Source of the DNA: Corallochytrium limacisporum Hawaii
Lineage: Eukaryota > Protista > Pluriformea
DNA length: 64,000 bases
NCBI GenBank assembly: GCA_002811645.1
Contig: PDIP01000022.1
Span: 235,365 to 299,364, forward strand
Direction of reading: 5' to 3'
Shown piece after piece: positions 46,301 through 55,062 of this stretch. The position numbers were made by a program, and so were the translations under genes. The notes beneath the pieces are model-generated. The model was not told the origin of the DNA. It was given only the letters and a program-made list of their open reading frames with translations, and made no database searches. The first letter of the stretch is position 1. Each line of letters begins with the position of its first letter.

Positions 46301-46439
46301 CGACTCGGTTCAACGAAGGAAGCGACCTGCCCCGGAAGATGGCGAGGATGCCCACAAGCGGGGGGCTCCTTTTCTTCCAACTGGCAACGCAGCTGCACGG
46401 AAACTTGGATTTGACGAAGGTGCCCCGGCAGGGCCTTGA
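43368..46439 (+). CDS. RB1: Retinoblastoma-family pocket protein
   Basis: 1023 aa. Pocket A (YWRSLYCILEEE, FHRSLIAVCVE, KHIAMIEQEI..LAW), pocket B (FYRRLY, DRHADQILLCCIF, IIDFYN.VF), more than 12 S/T-P CDK sites and a C-terminal RKLGF cyclin-docking motif. Confidence 0.96.
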   Translation: MVRRSLPPGVQQRIRQLIDQICNHVNYYNADAKVDAQNIMEQAILRSGPQDSRQVDLDNSLVASQNTVESQEAFVNHMGYRILQQQAKPSDEPMMAALALFLAMRRDSTAPSLDNQTTYAGQGITMDQILRGADPNADMYSFFKELQAVVEAGGILAPDDVDRIDRIMYKFSSMSSIYRRYQDVFDSVVAPEAIVTEHSTGDGPSAPRSLLFRFCWVSFLMTKIPLLAGTGDTQAELCLLSANIAWILDHCPRDWLAAERYQETDQLLQAVCQVLGLDDSIVSDAKGLIQRCVEPCMKENGITARLTQDSEQYPLKDRATLRSCLKIVEKEYDDKHRRINEFDEQIFFNPNGVRPNEPNTVQGTPQRYHHGMRQRSGLREGTAASELLNQPTADASSMVSPRDRPSTNGLRNASSTPQIRVNGNASALRSASMGEGGVSPATPMRRLDAQFNQRGAAAMATPLHLRAAQQSVIRGAGAPATPTRKTINSLRQMQESLKENQVEPAQLEQFVDNKEVIEAMVKRVDMLRKVFVEEQVRSISENMRTQAEKRYNMALKMYWRSLYCILEEERSMKHRQKFDAMLSMGMFHRSLIAVCVETVLHCYGSTLAYQPGHQQPGQSSKPWVTEVFKLDVYEFVKIFEPFLTKRSFHISRETIKHIAMIEQEIVTRLAWEQGTALHENLKKTPETMRKYQSVFDIKNLDPVKEEDAATSTNPPAPPEEASKEVSRHTPAQASVRIFYRRLYIIMYHRLRRLSGALGIGENLQRRIWLLFEHAVSHTYSLLQDRHADQILLCCIFGVCRAHDARTEILFKNLVREYKKLPHHNGRMGSVLCQQVNLDGAPTQTEGQEARQTGSIIDFYNYVFLPFLENECRRIARESETDQAKINRDTAYWARGHLSSNPGDGLMVGLVTPVRLRKGLTVSPMRRVGNDMYMSPQRPSASANRVTNTRILGPSGALLNTPNFYAFSHSPSRNLQCINDSVQRRKRPAPEDGEDAHKRGAPFLPTGNAAARKLGFDEGAPAGP

Positions 46440-46755
46440 ACTGGTTGATGAATTCCTCTTGCGCTATTGCGAACAGAAACCTGCACGCGTGAAAGCGACT
46501 TCTTCATCATCCGTTTCACTTTCATCTCATGTGGTTACGTAGACCTATCTTAAAATCCATACCAAATTACATTCTGTCTGTTCTATAAACTGTACACCCT
46601 GTTGACGTCGAACCTGTTGGAGTTCCTCATAGACACTAGGGCCATGGACAATCTCTTCCGTTGAGACGTCCAGCAACCCCCACACTTATGAGAGACTGCG
46701 TGCCCCCAGACCACTCCCCTCGCCCCGGGGGTGGGCCACCCAATTTGATTGTTCG

Positions 46756-46885
46756 GGCGCGAAAAGTTCGTCCCGGGGGATTGTGAGGTGGGCATTAAAA
46801 TAGGGCCCCCGCTTGCCACTTCCGCCCCAGTGGCCAAACGACCGTTGTTCTCAACTGTGTCTTTGCCACCCGGCGCGCGCGAAAA
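46756..46885 (+). promoter_or_regulatory. Two E2F-type sites (GCGCGAAAAGTT) upstream of MCM3
   Basis: 46756-46765 and 46876-46885, with identical 12-bp cores. Confidence 0.7.
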
Positions 46886-47200
46886 GTTTGGGGGCACCCG
46901 AAGAGGGTAGAGTTCGGCTGTCTCTCCCCAAGTCTCCAGGGACTGTGTTGGTGAGGAGGCCTTCAAGTTCCGTAAGTGAACAAAGGTGAGGAAAGTGAGC
47001 ATGATAGAAAGATGATTGTTATTGTTGTGATAGTTGTTAGGTTTCAATGGCTCAGGTTGGTGGTGATGGATGGTACTTGAGGTGACCAACAGATCCAGGT
47101 GAGCATGAGATCAGTTGGATACTATAAACCACACAGAGCCTCGACAGGGATCTGAAAGGGCTAAGTCTCGGAGGACAAACCTGCTAAAGACACAGAAAAA

Positions 47201-49810
47201 ATGACAGACGCACAAGTGGTCGATCAGATCGACGCTGAGCTGAGAGAACATTATGAAAGGTTCTTTCAGAAGGTGGAACAGGGCACCGATGCGTACCTCG
47301 AGAAGTACCTGGGTCGCCGCCAGGCAATGATCGACCGTGGTGAATGCCGTATGACCATCACCCTGGACGATCTGCAAAAGTACAAACCTGAGCGGTATGA
47401 AGACCTTCTTCGGTCTCCTGTGAAGCATTTGGAGGCTCTGACAGCTTCCTTCACAGCATGGGTGGAGGACGCGGACAAGACGTACACGGTCAATCACCCC
47501 CGTCTGCATCTGGCCATGGACGGTAACTTCGGTGGCAACGCCCTATCTCTGCGTACCATGCGAAGTGAGTACCTCGGTCAGCTAATTGAGGTGGACGGTA
47601 TTGTTACTCGTTGCTCCTTGGTGCGCCCTAAGCTTCTAGAAAGCGTCCATTCCGCACAGTCCGGTCTTCTGAAGTACGTCAAATATAAGGACGGCACAAG
47701 TCTGAGTGGTGTGCCAACAAACACAATGTACCCCACCAAGGACGAGAATGGAGATCCCTACGAGACTGAGTACGGCCTCTGCAAGTACCAAGATTCACAG
47801 ACCATTACCATTCAGGAAATGCCTGAGCATGCACCGGCGGGTCAAATTCCTCGAGGCATTGACGTTGTTCTCGAAGAAGACCTCTGTGACACTGTCAAAC
47901 CTGGTGATCGCATTCGTGTTTCGGGTGTGTACCGTGCTCTGCCTTCTAAGTCCCAGGGTGCAACATCGGGCGTCTTCCGTACCATTCTTCTGGCTACCAG
48001 CGCCCGGCCAATTAAGCGCACTATTGGACAGACTGCCACCATGAGCGAGGCAGACATTTCTTCCTTCAAGAACCTGGCGAAGCGTCACAAAAACAACATG
48101 TTCGACCTTCTATCCAAATCTCTTGCTCCTTCCATTTGGGGTGCTGACTACATCAAGCGGGGTCTGCTTGCTCTGCTGTTGGGTGGTGAAGAACGTGTTC
48201 TCGACAATGGCACCCATCTGCGTGGCGACATTAATATGTTGATGGTGGGTGATCCGTCGACAGCGAAGTCTCAGTTCCTACGATTTGTGATGAACCTGGC
48301 TCCTCTGGCCATTGCCACAACAGGTCGAGGTTCCAGCGGTGTTGGTTTGACCGCCGCTGTCATGCGTGATCCTGAGACTGGCGAGCGCAGCCTTGAGGCT
48401 GGTGCAATGGTTCTGGGAGATCGTGGTGTCGTTTGTATCGATGAGTTCGACAAGATGAGTGATGATGACCGTGTTGCCATTCACGAAGTCATGGAGCAGC
48501 AAACAGTCACCATCAACAAGGCTGGTATTCATACCTCTCTGAACGCCCGCTGCAGTGTCATTGCCGCTGCCAATCCCATTTACGGCATGTATGATCGTAC
48601 TTCCACTCCCATGAAAAACATCGGTCTGCCGGACTCTCTGCTGTCCCGTTTCGATTTGCTTTTCATTGTCCTCGACAGTGCTGACGCGCAACGCGACAGT
48701 GCTCTGGCCGGCCACGTGCTGCGTATCCACCGCACCACACCGACGGCCAATGATGGCGGTGCCCGGGCTATCAACGGACTAATGGACGACGATATCGAAG
48801 AACAAGACGATAATGACAACCGCAAGACCCCAATCTGGGACGAGGATGTTGCCTACACAGGCGGACGTAGTCGTAGGGACCGTGTCCTGTCCCTACCTTT
48901 CGTACAGAAGTACATCGCCTACGCTAAAAGGAGGCATCCCATCATTACGGACGAGGCGCGAGAGGAGATCGTTCGTATCTACGTCACTCTCCGGTCGAGC
49001 AGCGACCAGGATAAGAACCGTGGTACTCTACCAATCACGGCCCGAACCTTGGAATCCATGATCCGTATCTCCACGGCCATTGCTAAAGCTCGACTTAGCA
49101 CTCGTGTAGAGATGCAGGATGTGGCTATGGCAAAGGATATTCTTGAGTTTAGTCTAAAGAACGCCGTGCAGCAGAGCAACGAGGCCAAGAAAGCAGCCCT
49201 TGAGGCCCAAGCTCAGCTGCGCCGCGAGCGGGAGGAACTCCTCGAAGCTGCCAATCAGCAGCAAGAGCAGCAACCCGAGGAGACTGACGCCGCGGAAGAT
49301 GCTGCTATGGAGGAGGCTGCCGCTGTGACGGAGCAGCAGGCCCAGGCCGAAGCCGAGGAAATCATCGCTCCGAGTCGTCCCCGCGGACGACGACGACGAG
49401 TCGCCATCGAGGACGACGATGAAGAGACCCCTGGTCAGGAGTCTGTCCCCAAGGAGTCTTCCGGCGGCGTCAGCTATGAGCTGGTCAGCCAGACCCAAGA
49501 GAGCCAGCCTGAAGTTCCACAGAGGATGGTCATCAACAACAAGGGCATGCTCATTCCCTTCTACGAGAAAGACGTACCTGAGAGCAAGCACGACACCCTC
49601 AAAACCATCCTTGGCGAGCTCCTGATCCGCAAATACGGCGATGACCACGACGACCTAGAACTTCGTGAGGTCGACTACGCAGATCTCATGCACGAGTCCT
49701 GTGACCGTGGACTTGAGATCACAGAGACCCACGCGATCATTAACAGCATGCACGACGAAGGTACCGTGACAATTGTTGAAGAATCCAATCTCATCCGCCT
49801 TACTCACTAA
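47201..49810 (+). CDS. MCM3: DNA replication licensing factor MCM3
   Basis: GDPSTAKS Walker A (MCM3-type), IDEFDKM, SRFD arginine finger, SLVRPKL, YPTKDENG..ETEYG, QEMPE.APAGQIPR. Confidence 0.98.
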   Translation: MTDAQVVDQIDAELREHYERFFQKVEQGTDAYLEKYLGRRQAMIDRGECRMTITLDDLQKYKPERYEDLLRSPVKHLEALTASFTAWVEDADKTYTVNHPRLHLAMDGNFGGNALSLRTMRSEYLGQLIEVDGIVTRCSLVRPKLLESVHSAQSGLLKYVKYKDGTSLSGVPTNTMYPTKDENGDPYETEYGLCKYQDSQTITIQEMPEHAPAGQIPRGIDVVLEEDLCDTVKPGDRIRVSGVYRALPSKSQGATSGVFRTILLATSARPIKRTIGQTATMSEADISSFKNLAKRHKNNMFDLLSKSLAPSIWGADYIKRGLLALLLGGEERVLDNGTHLRGDINMLMVGDPSTAKSQFLRFVMNLAPLAIATTGRGSSGVGLTAAVMRDPETGERSLEAGAMVLGDRGVVCIDEFDKMSDDDRVAIHEVMEQQTVTINKAGIHTSLNARCSVIAAANPIYGMYDRTSTPMKNIGLPDSLLSRFDLLFIVLDSADAQRDSALAGHVLRIHRTTPTANDGGARAINGLMDDDIEEQDDNDNRKTPIWDEDVAYTGGRSRRDRVLSLPFVQKYIAYAKRRHPIITDEAREEIVRIYVTLRSSSDQDKNRGTLPITARTLESMIRISTAIAKARLSTRVEMQDVAMAKDILEFSLKNAVQQSNEAKKAALEAQAQLRREREELLEAANQQQEQQPEETDAAEDAAMEEAAAVTEQQAQAEAEEIIAPSRPRGRRRRVAIEDDDEETPGQESVPKESSGGVSYELVSQTQESQPEVPQRMVINNKGMLIPFYEKDVPESKHDTLKTILGELLIRKYGDDHDDLELREVDYADLMHESCDRGLEITETHAIINSMHDEGTVTIVEESNLIRLTH

Positions 49811-49941
49811 AGCGTGCAGATCACTATGTCATCTTATCAAAACACAACCGCATCATTAAACATCTCGATTCAACATGTAAAGCGTATTTATTCTGTCAAA
49901 CTATATCCCTCTCAAACTGACAGGGCTGTACCTATCTCTAT

Positions 49942-50505
49942 CTACTCAATGGAGGTCAATTCCTCACGCTCAGGGCACTTAAAGACTTTAAACACACCGG
50001 TACCTTCGTCGACTTCCTTCCAAGAACCTGCCTTCGGGAATTCAACGTGACAGAATGTACCTGGAGACACACCACCGGCCTTGCGCATGAACGGAAAGGT
50101 TAGATCCTCATGTACAGCCTTGAACATGATGTCAGCGACGCCCGGATTGTGACCAATGATCATGATCGTGCTGGCCGTGTCCGGAGCTTCATTCTTAATG
50201 ATGTCAAAAATTCCTTCGTAGTCAGTACCATACAGGCCCTCAGTGACGGTTTTAATTGATGTGTCAGGAACGCCTAGTGAGTCAAAGGTCTGCTGTGCCC
50301 TCACAGCAGGACTTACTAAGGCACATTCGGCCTGAGGTAGTCCCAGTCGCTGCATGGCATTATACTGATCCTTCGAGTCCTTCTTTCCGGTCTCAGTCAG
50401 CTCACGGTCAATGTCCTTGCCCGTGGGGGCAGAACCGTACGTCTCAGAATGGCGGACGAAGATGACCTGCTTGGGCATGGCTGCTAGTGCTGTTCTGCTG
50501 ATCAT
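49942..50505 (-). CDS. SixA-like histidine phosphatase
   Basis: VRHS, D.DRELT..G, SPAVRAQQT, LY and IGHNPG motifs of SixA-type phosphatases. The start is ATG 50505 or 50478. Confidence 0.88.
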   Translation of the reverse strand: MISRTALAAMPKQVIFVRHSETYGSAPTGKDIDRELTETGKKDSKDQYNAMQRLGLPQAECALVSPAVRAQQTFDSLGVPDTSIKTVTEGLYGTDYEGIFDIIKNEAPDTASTIMIIGHNPGVADIMFKAVHEDLTFPFMRKAGGVSPGTFCHVEFPKAGSWKEVDEGTGVFKVFKCPEREELTSIE

Positions 50506-51420
50506 ATAATGTATGGGACACTCCGGGAGATATGATCCACGTCCGTCCCTATGCTATGGAATGGCGCTTGGTCTGGATCTAGACCGGCAGATCTCAGATA
50601 CCTGTATCTATCGCGATTCACCGATGGGATCGATGGCCCTCACTGAACGACACCGTCAGCGTGCTGACACAGACATTCTCTTCCGGTGACCCACCCACGA
50701 AGGACACGAGGCTCCAGGCCACGCAAGACCGTTCTCTTGACTGATTCCGTCACATCCCCACTCTGAATCCCCCAACACACACAAACTGCAGCTACGGCAG
50801 GTGATGCCATCGGCCGAGGATTACCAACTCCAGCGCAGTTGCTCGTCGTCCAAACGCGAGGGCGCTTGGCGATGGGTGGCTACAGCTTCGAAAAGTGGGG
50901 CAATCGATTTGTAATTACTTTTATGTTTTGGGGTATACACAGTCCATGACCGAGGCAGGCGCCTGTGTTTTCCTTTGGCCCCTTCCGCCAGCGGGGAGAG
51001 AGGCTGGCAAAGCCCAAATCGCCGGGCGGTGGTGGGACCCCATACCTCCCGCGTTCACTCCCGCGGGGACAGCTCCGTTCGGACGCCTTGAGGAAATCAA
51101 AGGTCGGTGAAAGGTGGGGTGGAGATGAGAAAGCGAGGGCCTCTCTCCTCCGTGCCTCCCCTGACTCGCAGTTGTGCATCTGTCAGAGAAAAACAGGGCC
51201 GGTGAGGGGGGGCGGGGCGGGCCAGAGTGTTTTGGCGTTGGCCTCAGGGCTGGAGTGGGGGTGGGATCTCTTGGCGCTGATCCCTACTGTCCTCGTCGTT
51301 ATGTTCGTGGTGTGGGATAGGCTCGGTTCTGGTGTTTGGGAGTCGGTCATTGACATCGAGACCTGGTGTTGCCAACAGTCATGTGTACTAATATTTTGAC
51401 TCCTTTGAATTGACATAACA

Positions 51421-52125
51421 ATGGCAGACGCAGCGAAGAAGAAGCGGTGGGTTCCCCTGGAGTCGAATCCGGACGTACTAAACAAGTACGGTAAGCAGCT
51501 TGGTTTGAAGTCGGGGAATGGATACGTCGACGTCTACGGTCTAGATCCCGATCTGCTGGCTTTTGTGCCTCAGCCGGTCTATGCAGTAATGTTACTCTTT
51601 CCGATTTCCGAAAACTACGAAAACTACCGCAGAGAGGAGGAGGAAAAGATCAACAAGGAAGGCCAAACTGTGAGTGACCAGGTTGTGTTCGTGCGGCAGT
51701 ATATTGGAAATGCATGTGGTACCATCGGTATGCTGCACGGTCTGCTGAATTGTCAGGAAGAAGTACCCCAGGAGGGCTACCTGAAAGATCTGAAAGAGAA
51801 GTTTGAGGGTAAGACTGCAGAGGAGCGTGGTGATCTGCTTATGGCCGATGACGAGCTCGACAAGGCGCACGGTGAGGCCGGATCGGAGGGACAGACATCT
51901 GCACCTGAGGCAGAAGAAGAGGTCAACCTACACTTTGTCACCTTCAGTTGTGTTGATGGCAGCATCTACGAATTGGACGGTCGTAAACCGTTCCCGATCA
52001 ACCACGGGCCGAGCAGCCGGGAGACCTTCTTGAACGATGCCGTTGAAGTAATTCGCAAGTTCATCGCCCGGGATAGCGACGTTCCCACTTTCGCGATCAC
52101 TGCTTTAACCGCGAATATGGAATAA
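51421..52125 (+). CDS. UCHL3: Ubiquitin C-terminal hydrolase, UCHL3/UCHL1 type (peptidase C12)
   Basis: W.PLESNPDV, QYIGNACGT (catalytic Q and C), HFV and YELDGRKPFPINHG. Confidence 0.96.
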   Translation: MADAAKKKRWVPLESNPDVLNKYGKQLGLKSGNGYVDVYGLDPDLLAFVPQPVYAVMLLFPISENYENYRREEEEKINKEGQTVSDQVVFVRQYIGNACGTIGMLHGLLNCQEEVPQEGYLKDLKEKFEGKTAEERGDLLMADDELDKAHGEAGSEGQTSAPEAEEEVNLHFVTFSCVDGSIYELDGRKPFPINHGPSSRETFLNDAVEVIRKFIARDSDVPTFAITALTANME

Positions 52126-52210
52126 GAAGCATAAGAGTAATACAACGTGTTCTACTATAGATACTGTTTTAAGGGATATACTGAAACATGATTTGGTTCA
52201 AAACCATCGT

Positions 52211-53314
52211 TCATTGATAGCCACTCTGGCCGTAATGTTTGGGACCCGGAGACCCCAGGCCAGCGTTCTGCGGCGTCCACCCGCCGTATCTCACAGGTCC
52301 CATATTTGAGGGCATGCCGCCGTGCTGCCCGATCCCATTTAGACCACCAATACTGGTGGGTCCGCTGCCAGCGGCGTACGGATTGCCACCACTGGAGGCA
52401 ATGGCAGCGGCAGCAGCGGCTGCAGCTGAGGCACTGTTGATGCCGAGTCCAAAGAGGTGGCCCATGTATTTAGCGTCCTCAATGAAATTGTCAAAGTACT
52501 TAGCCCGCATAGCAAAGAAGGTCAGGATGGTGAGCAGAGAATCGGAACCAGCCTGGTGTTGTGGACCGATGCGCTCAACCTTCAGTTCATCAGCAACATC
52601 CTGTAGACCTCCTTTGAGGCTCTTGCATCCGCGGACAATGAGATACTTAATGTCGTAGACGCAAGGAAAGGCCATGCTCATTATCTCAAAAAACCCTTCC
52701 TCAGCTGGTGGCATCGGCTGGTTGAGCAGCACTTGCAAGAGGTAGCCAAAGTCGTACCCTGAATGGAAACTTACCCACTTGACATTCTCATTGCAGGACA
52801 GTCCAGACGTAGCAAGCAATTCTCCAAAGTCGAAAATGTCAATGCCTTCTGCGTCGTGACGATCAAAGTCAATGCCCGAACGTTGTAGTAACTCAATGCT
52901 ATCCTGTGCGTACATGTCTGTGGCCAGTGAGAAACGGAAGTTAAATTGCCAGGTGCAGCAACCTTTCGGTAATTCTCCGTGTTCATTCGCGAAGGTAAGG
53001 CCAAGTTGAATGATTCGCAGCAGGTCAACGTTGGCCCGCAACAACTGATAATTGTACTGTTCTTTTGTGCGGAAGTTTCCCATTGGCTTCGCTACAACGC
53101 CGGGAAACTCTGTGTCCATTGCCACGTACGGATAGTTCTGTAGCACGCGGCGAATCTCCGCCATCTCCTGCTCCAGATTGTTGGCCCATACCTCCCGAAT
53201 CTCAAAGTTGCAGTCTGCATTGCTCGCCATAAAGGGGCGCATAGCCATATTTCCCATGGTCTGACCACCCATCATGGCCTGATTCATACTCTGGTGGGCC
53301 CCTGCGCGCATCAT
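52211..53314 (-). CDS. CNOT7: CCR4-NOT deadenylase subunit CAF1/POP2 (CNOT7/8)
   Basis: IREVWANNLE, AMDTEFPG, IIQLGLT, FHSGYDFGY and HQAGSDSLLT (DEDD nuclease). Confidence 0.97.
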   Translation of the reverse strand: MMRAGAHQSMNQAMMGGQTMGNMAMRPFMASNADCNFEIREVWANNLEQEMAEIRRVLQNYPYVAMDTEFPGVVAKPMGNFRTKEQYNYQLLRANVDLLRIIQLGLTFANEHGELPKGCCTWQFNFRFSLATDMYAQDSIELLQRSGIDFDRHDAEGIDIFDFGELLATSGLSCNENVKWVSFHSGYDFGYLLQVLLNQPMPPAEEGFFEIMSMAFPCVYDIKYLIVRGCKSLKGGLQDVADELKVERIGPQHQAGSDSLLTILTFFAMRAKYFDNFIEDAKYMGHLFGLGINSASAAAAAAAAIASSGGNPYAAGSGPTSIGGLNGIGQHGGMPSNMGPVRYGGWTPQNAGLGSPGPKHYGQSGYQ

Positions 53315-55062
53315 TTTGACAAACTAATATATGTACAGTTTTTTGTGACTTTTTCAAAGTAAATTAAAGACTTTGTTTTCGATAACAACTTTGCGTTCAC
53401 TTTCCCATCTTGACTAAACGTGTTGATTTGGAGTACATCTGATCAGTATCATCAGTGCATATGAATTCTACTTCATAAAGGTTTTCCTATTAGCCGCTAG
53501 GATCTCTCAAAAACCCAACGGAAACGGTAGACCCCTGTGTAGAAAGCCACCCACTCCGGCCCAACCAAGTCGGCCCCGGTGCGCGCCGAAGCCGCGCGTT
53601 TGCCCCTTTGGTGTCAATATTCTTCCATCAATTGGTGGTGAGAGAGGCTTCGGGACTCCAGTACTGTCAATACTGCAAAGAGACTGCTCTCCCAAAACCG
53701 GACCCCACTTGCGCTACTGCCCAGCTCTTTCTAATATACTTATATTTTACAATTACTCACTAATCAATACATTTAAACATACTTTATAATTATACTGACA
53801 TGTCTCAATACACAAACTGGGACCCCTGTTTGCCTCCCCCCCCCGGGGGGGCCCTTCGCGGCCAAGCCATCAACTTCTACCGATGGTTCTTTCAAAATGA
53901 GGCCCCTACGACTTGGGCCAGAACAAATGCACCCCGGCCCCCAGCCGCATACTTCCCCTTCTTCCTTCCCCATCTCCCCCTCCCTACTCCCCTCAGGCCG
54001 CAGCCACCTGTTTTGCACCTTCAGTTTTTCTTTCCCCGAGTATTTCCCCAGTCCTCCCCAGGTAGAAGGCGCCTCCCCTTTTTCATCAGCCGCGAGCAAT
54101 GAAATGGCTCAAATCTACCTCATGGTCGCGGTCGGGTGATAGTGACCTCGCCCCGGGTCCGATTTAACAACAGAACCAAAAACAGTCACAGCCGGTCAGG
54201 AACACACGTCGTAGCACCACACATTCATTACGCAAAGGCAAAACAAAAACCGAGCGGACAGAAAGAGAGAGGCGAAAGTCCGAGGAGGGACTAAAAAACC
54301 TTTACGGTTGTGCAGCAGCCCTGCGCCACGGAACGACCCGCCTGGACCGGGCGGTGGGTGCAATGAGCACACAGCCGAATCAGAAGAAATCTGTACAAAA
54401 AGGCCTTAAAAAAATCATGGCGCATCGTTTGGGTCTTGCGCGGGCCCCAGAGCGAACGGCCGTGCCATCTTCGGGTGATCGCGGTGTGGGGAGATGGGGA
54501 AATGGAGCCTGCGCTCTCCTGTCAAACGGACCGTCCACCGCCTGCAGTACTGAATGGACTGTGATTTCCCATACGTCCTACACACACTTGTCGTCGTGTC
54601 TTGGCCGTTAGAGGACAAGAGAGAGCACAGAGGGGCCAAACTATCGGACGGCTGGTGGTGAGACCCACAGTCCAATGCCCCCGTTTTTGGGGGGGGGGGC
54701 TTTGTAGCGGGGAGGGAGAGACCCATTCCGACGGGCGGGCGGACGGACTGGGTTTTGTGTTTTGCTTTCTTGTCCTGTGCAAGTCTCAGTTGGTAGACTT
54801 GGGATATCAGGTGACACTCAGTAATACGACACAATTGCACAGAACCACAGAGCAGGTTCAAAAGAGGGTGCAGTGATTGTATGCTGCAAGTTAATCGCGA
54901 CTGTCGAAGTTGACATCGAGACCCGACAGACCGACTTTGGAATTTAGTTCGTTGAAAGTCTGTAGTAGTCTACGATAAAGGATGAACCAAACTCTTGAGC
55001 CCGAACAGTTTTAGGAGCGGTAGGGATTTATTTTGACTGGAGTAACACCAAGAAACGAGACC

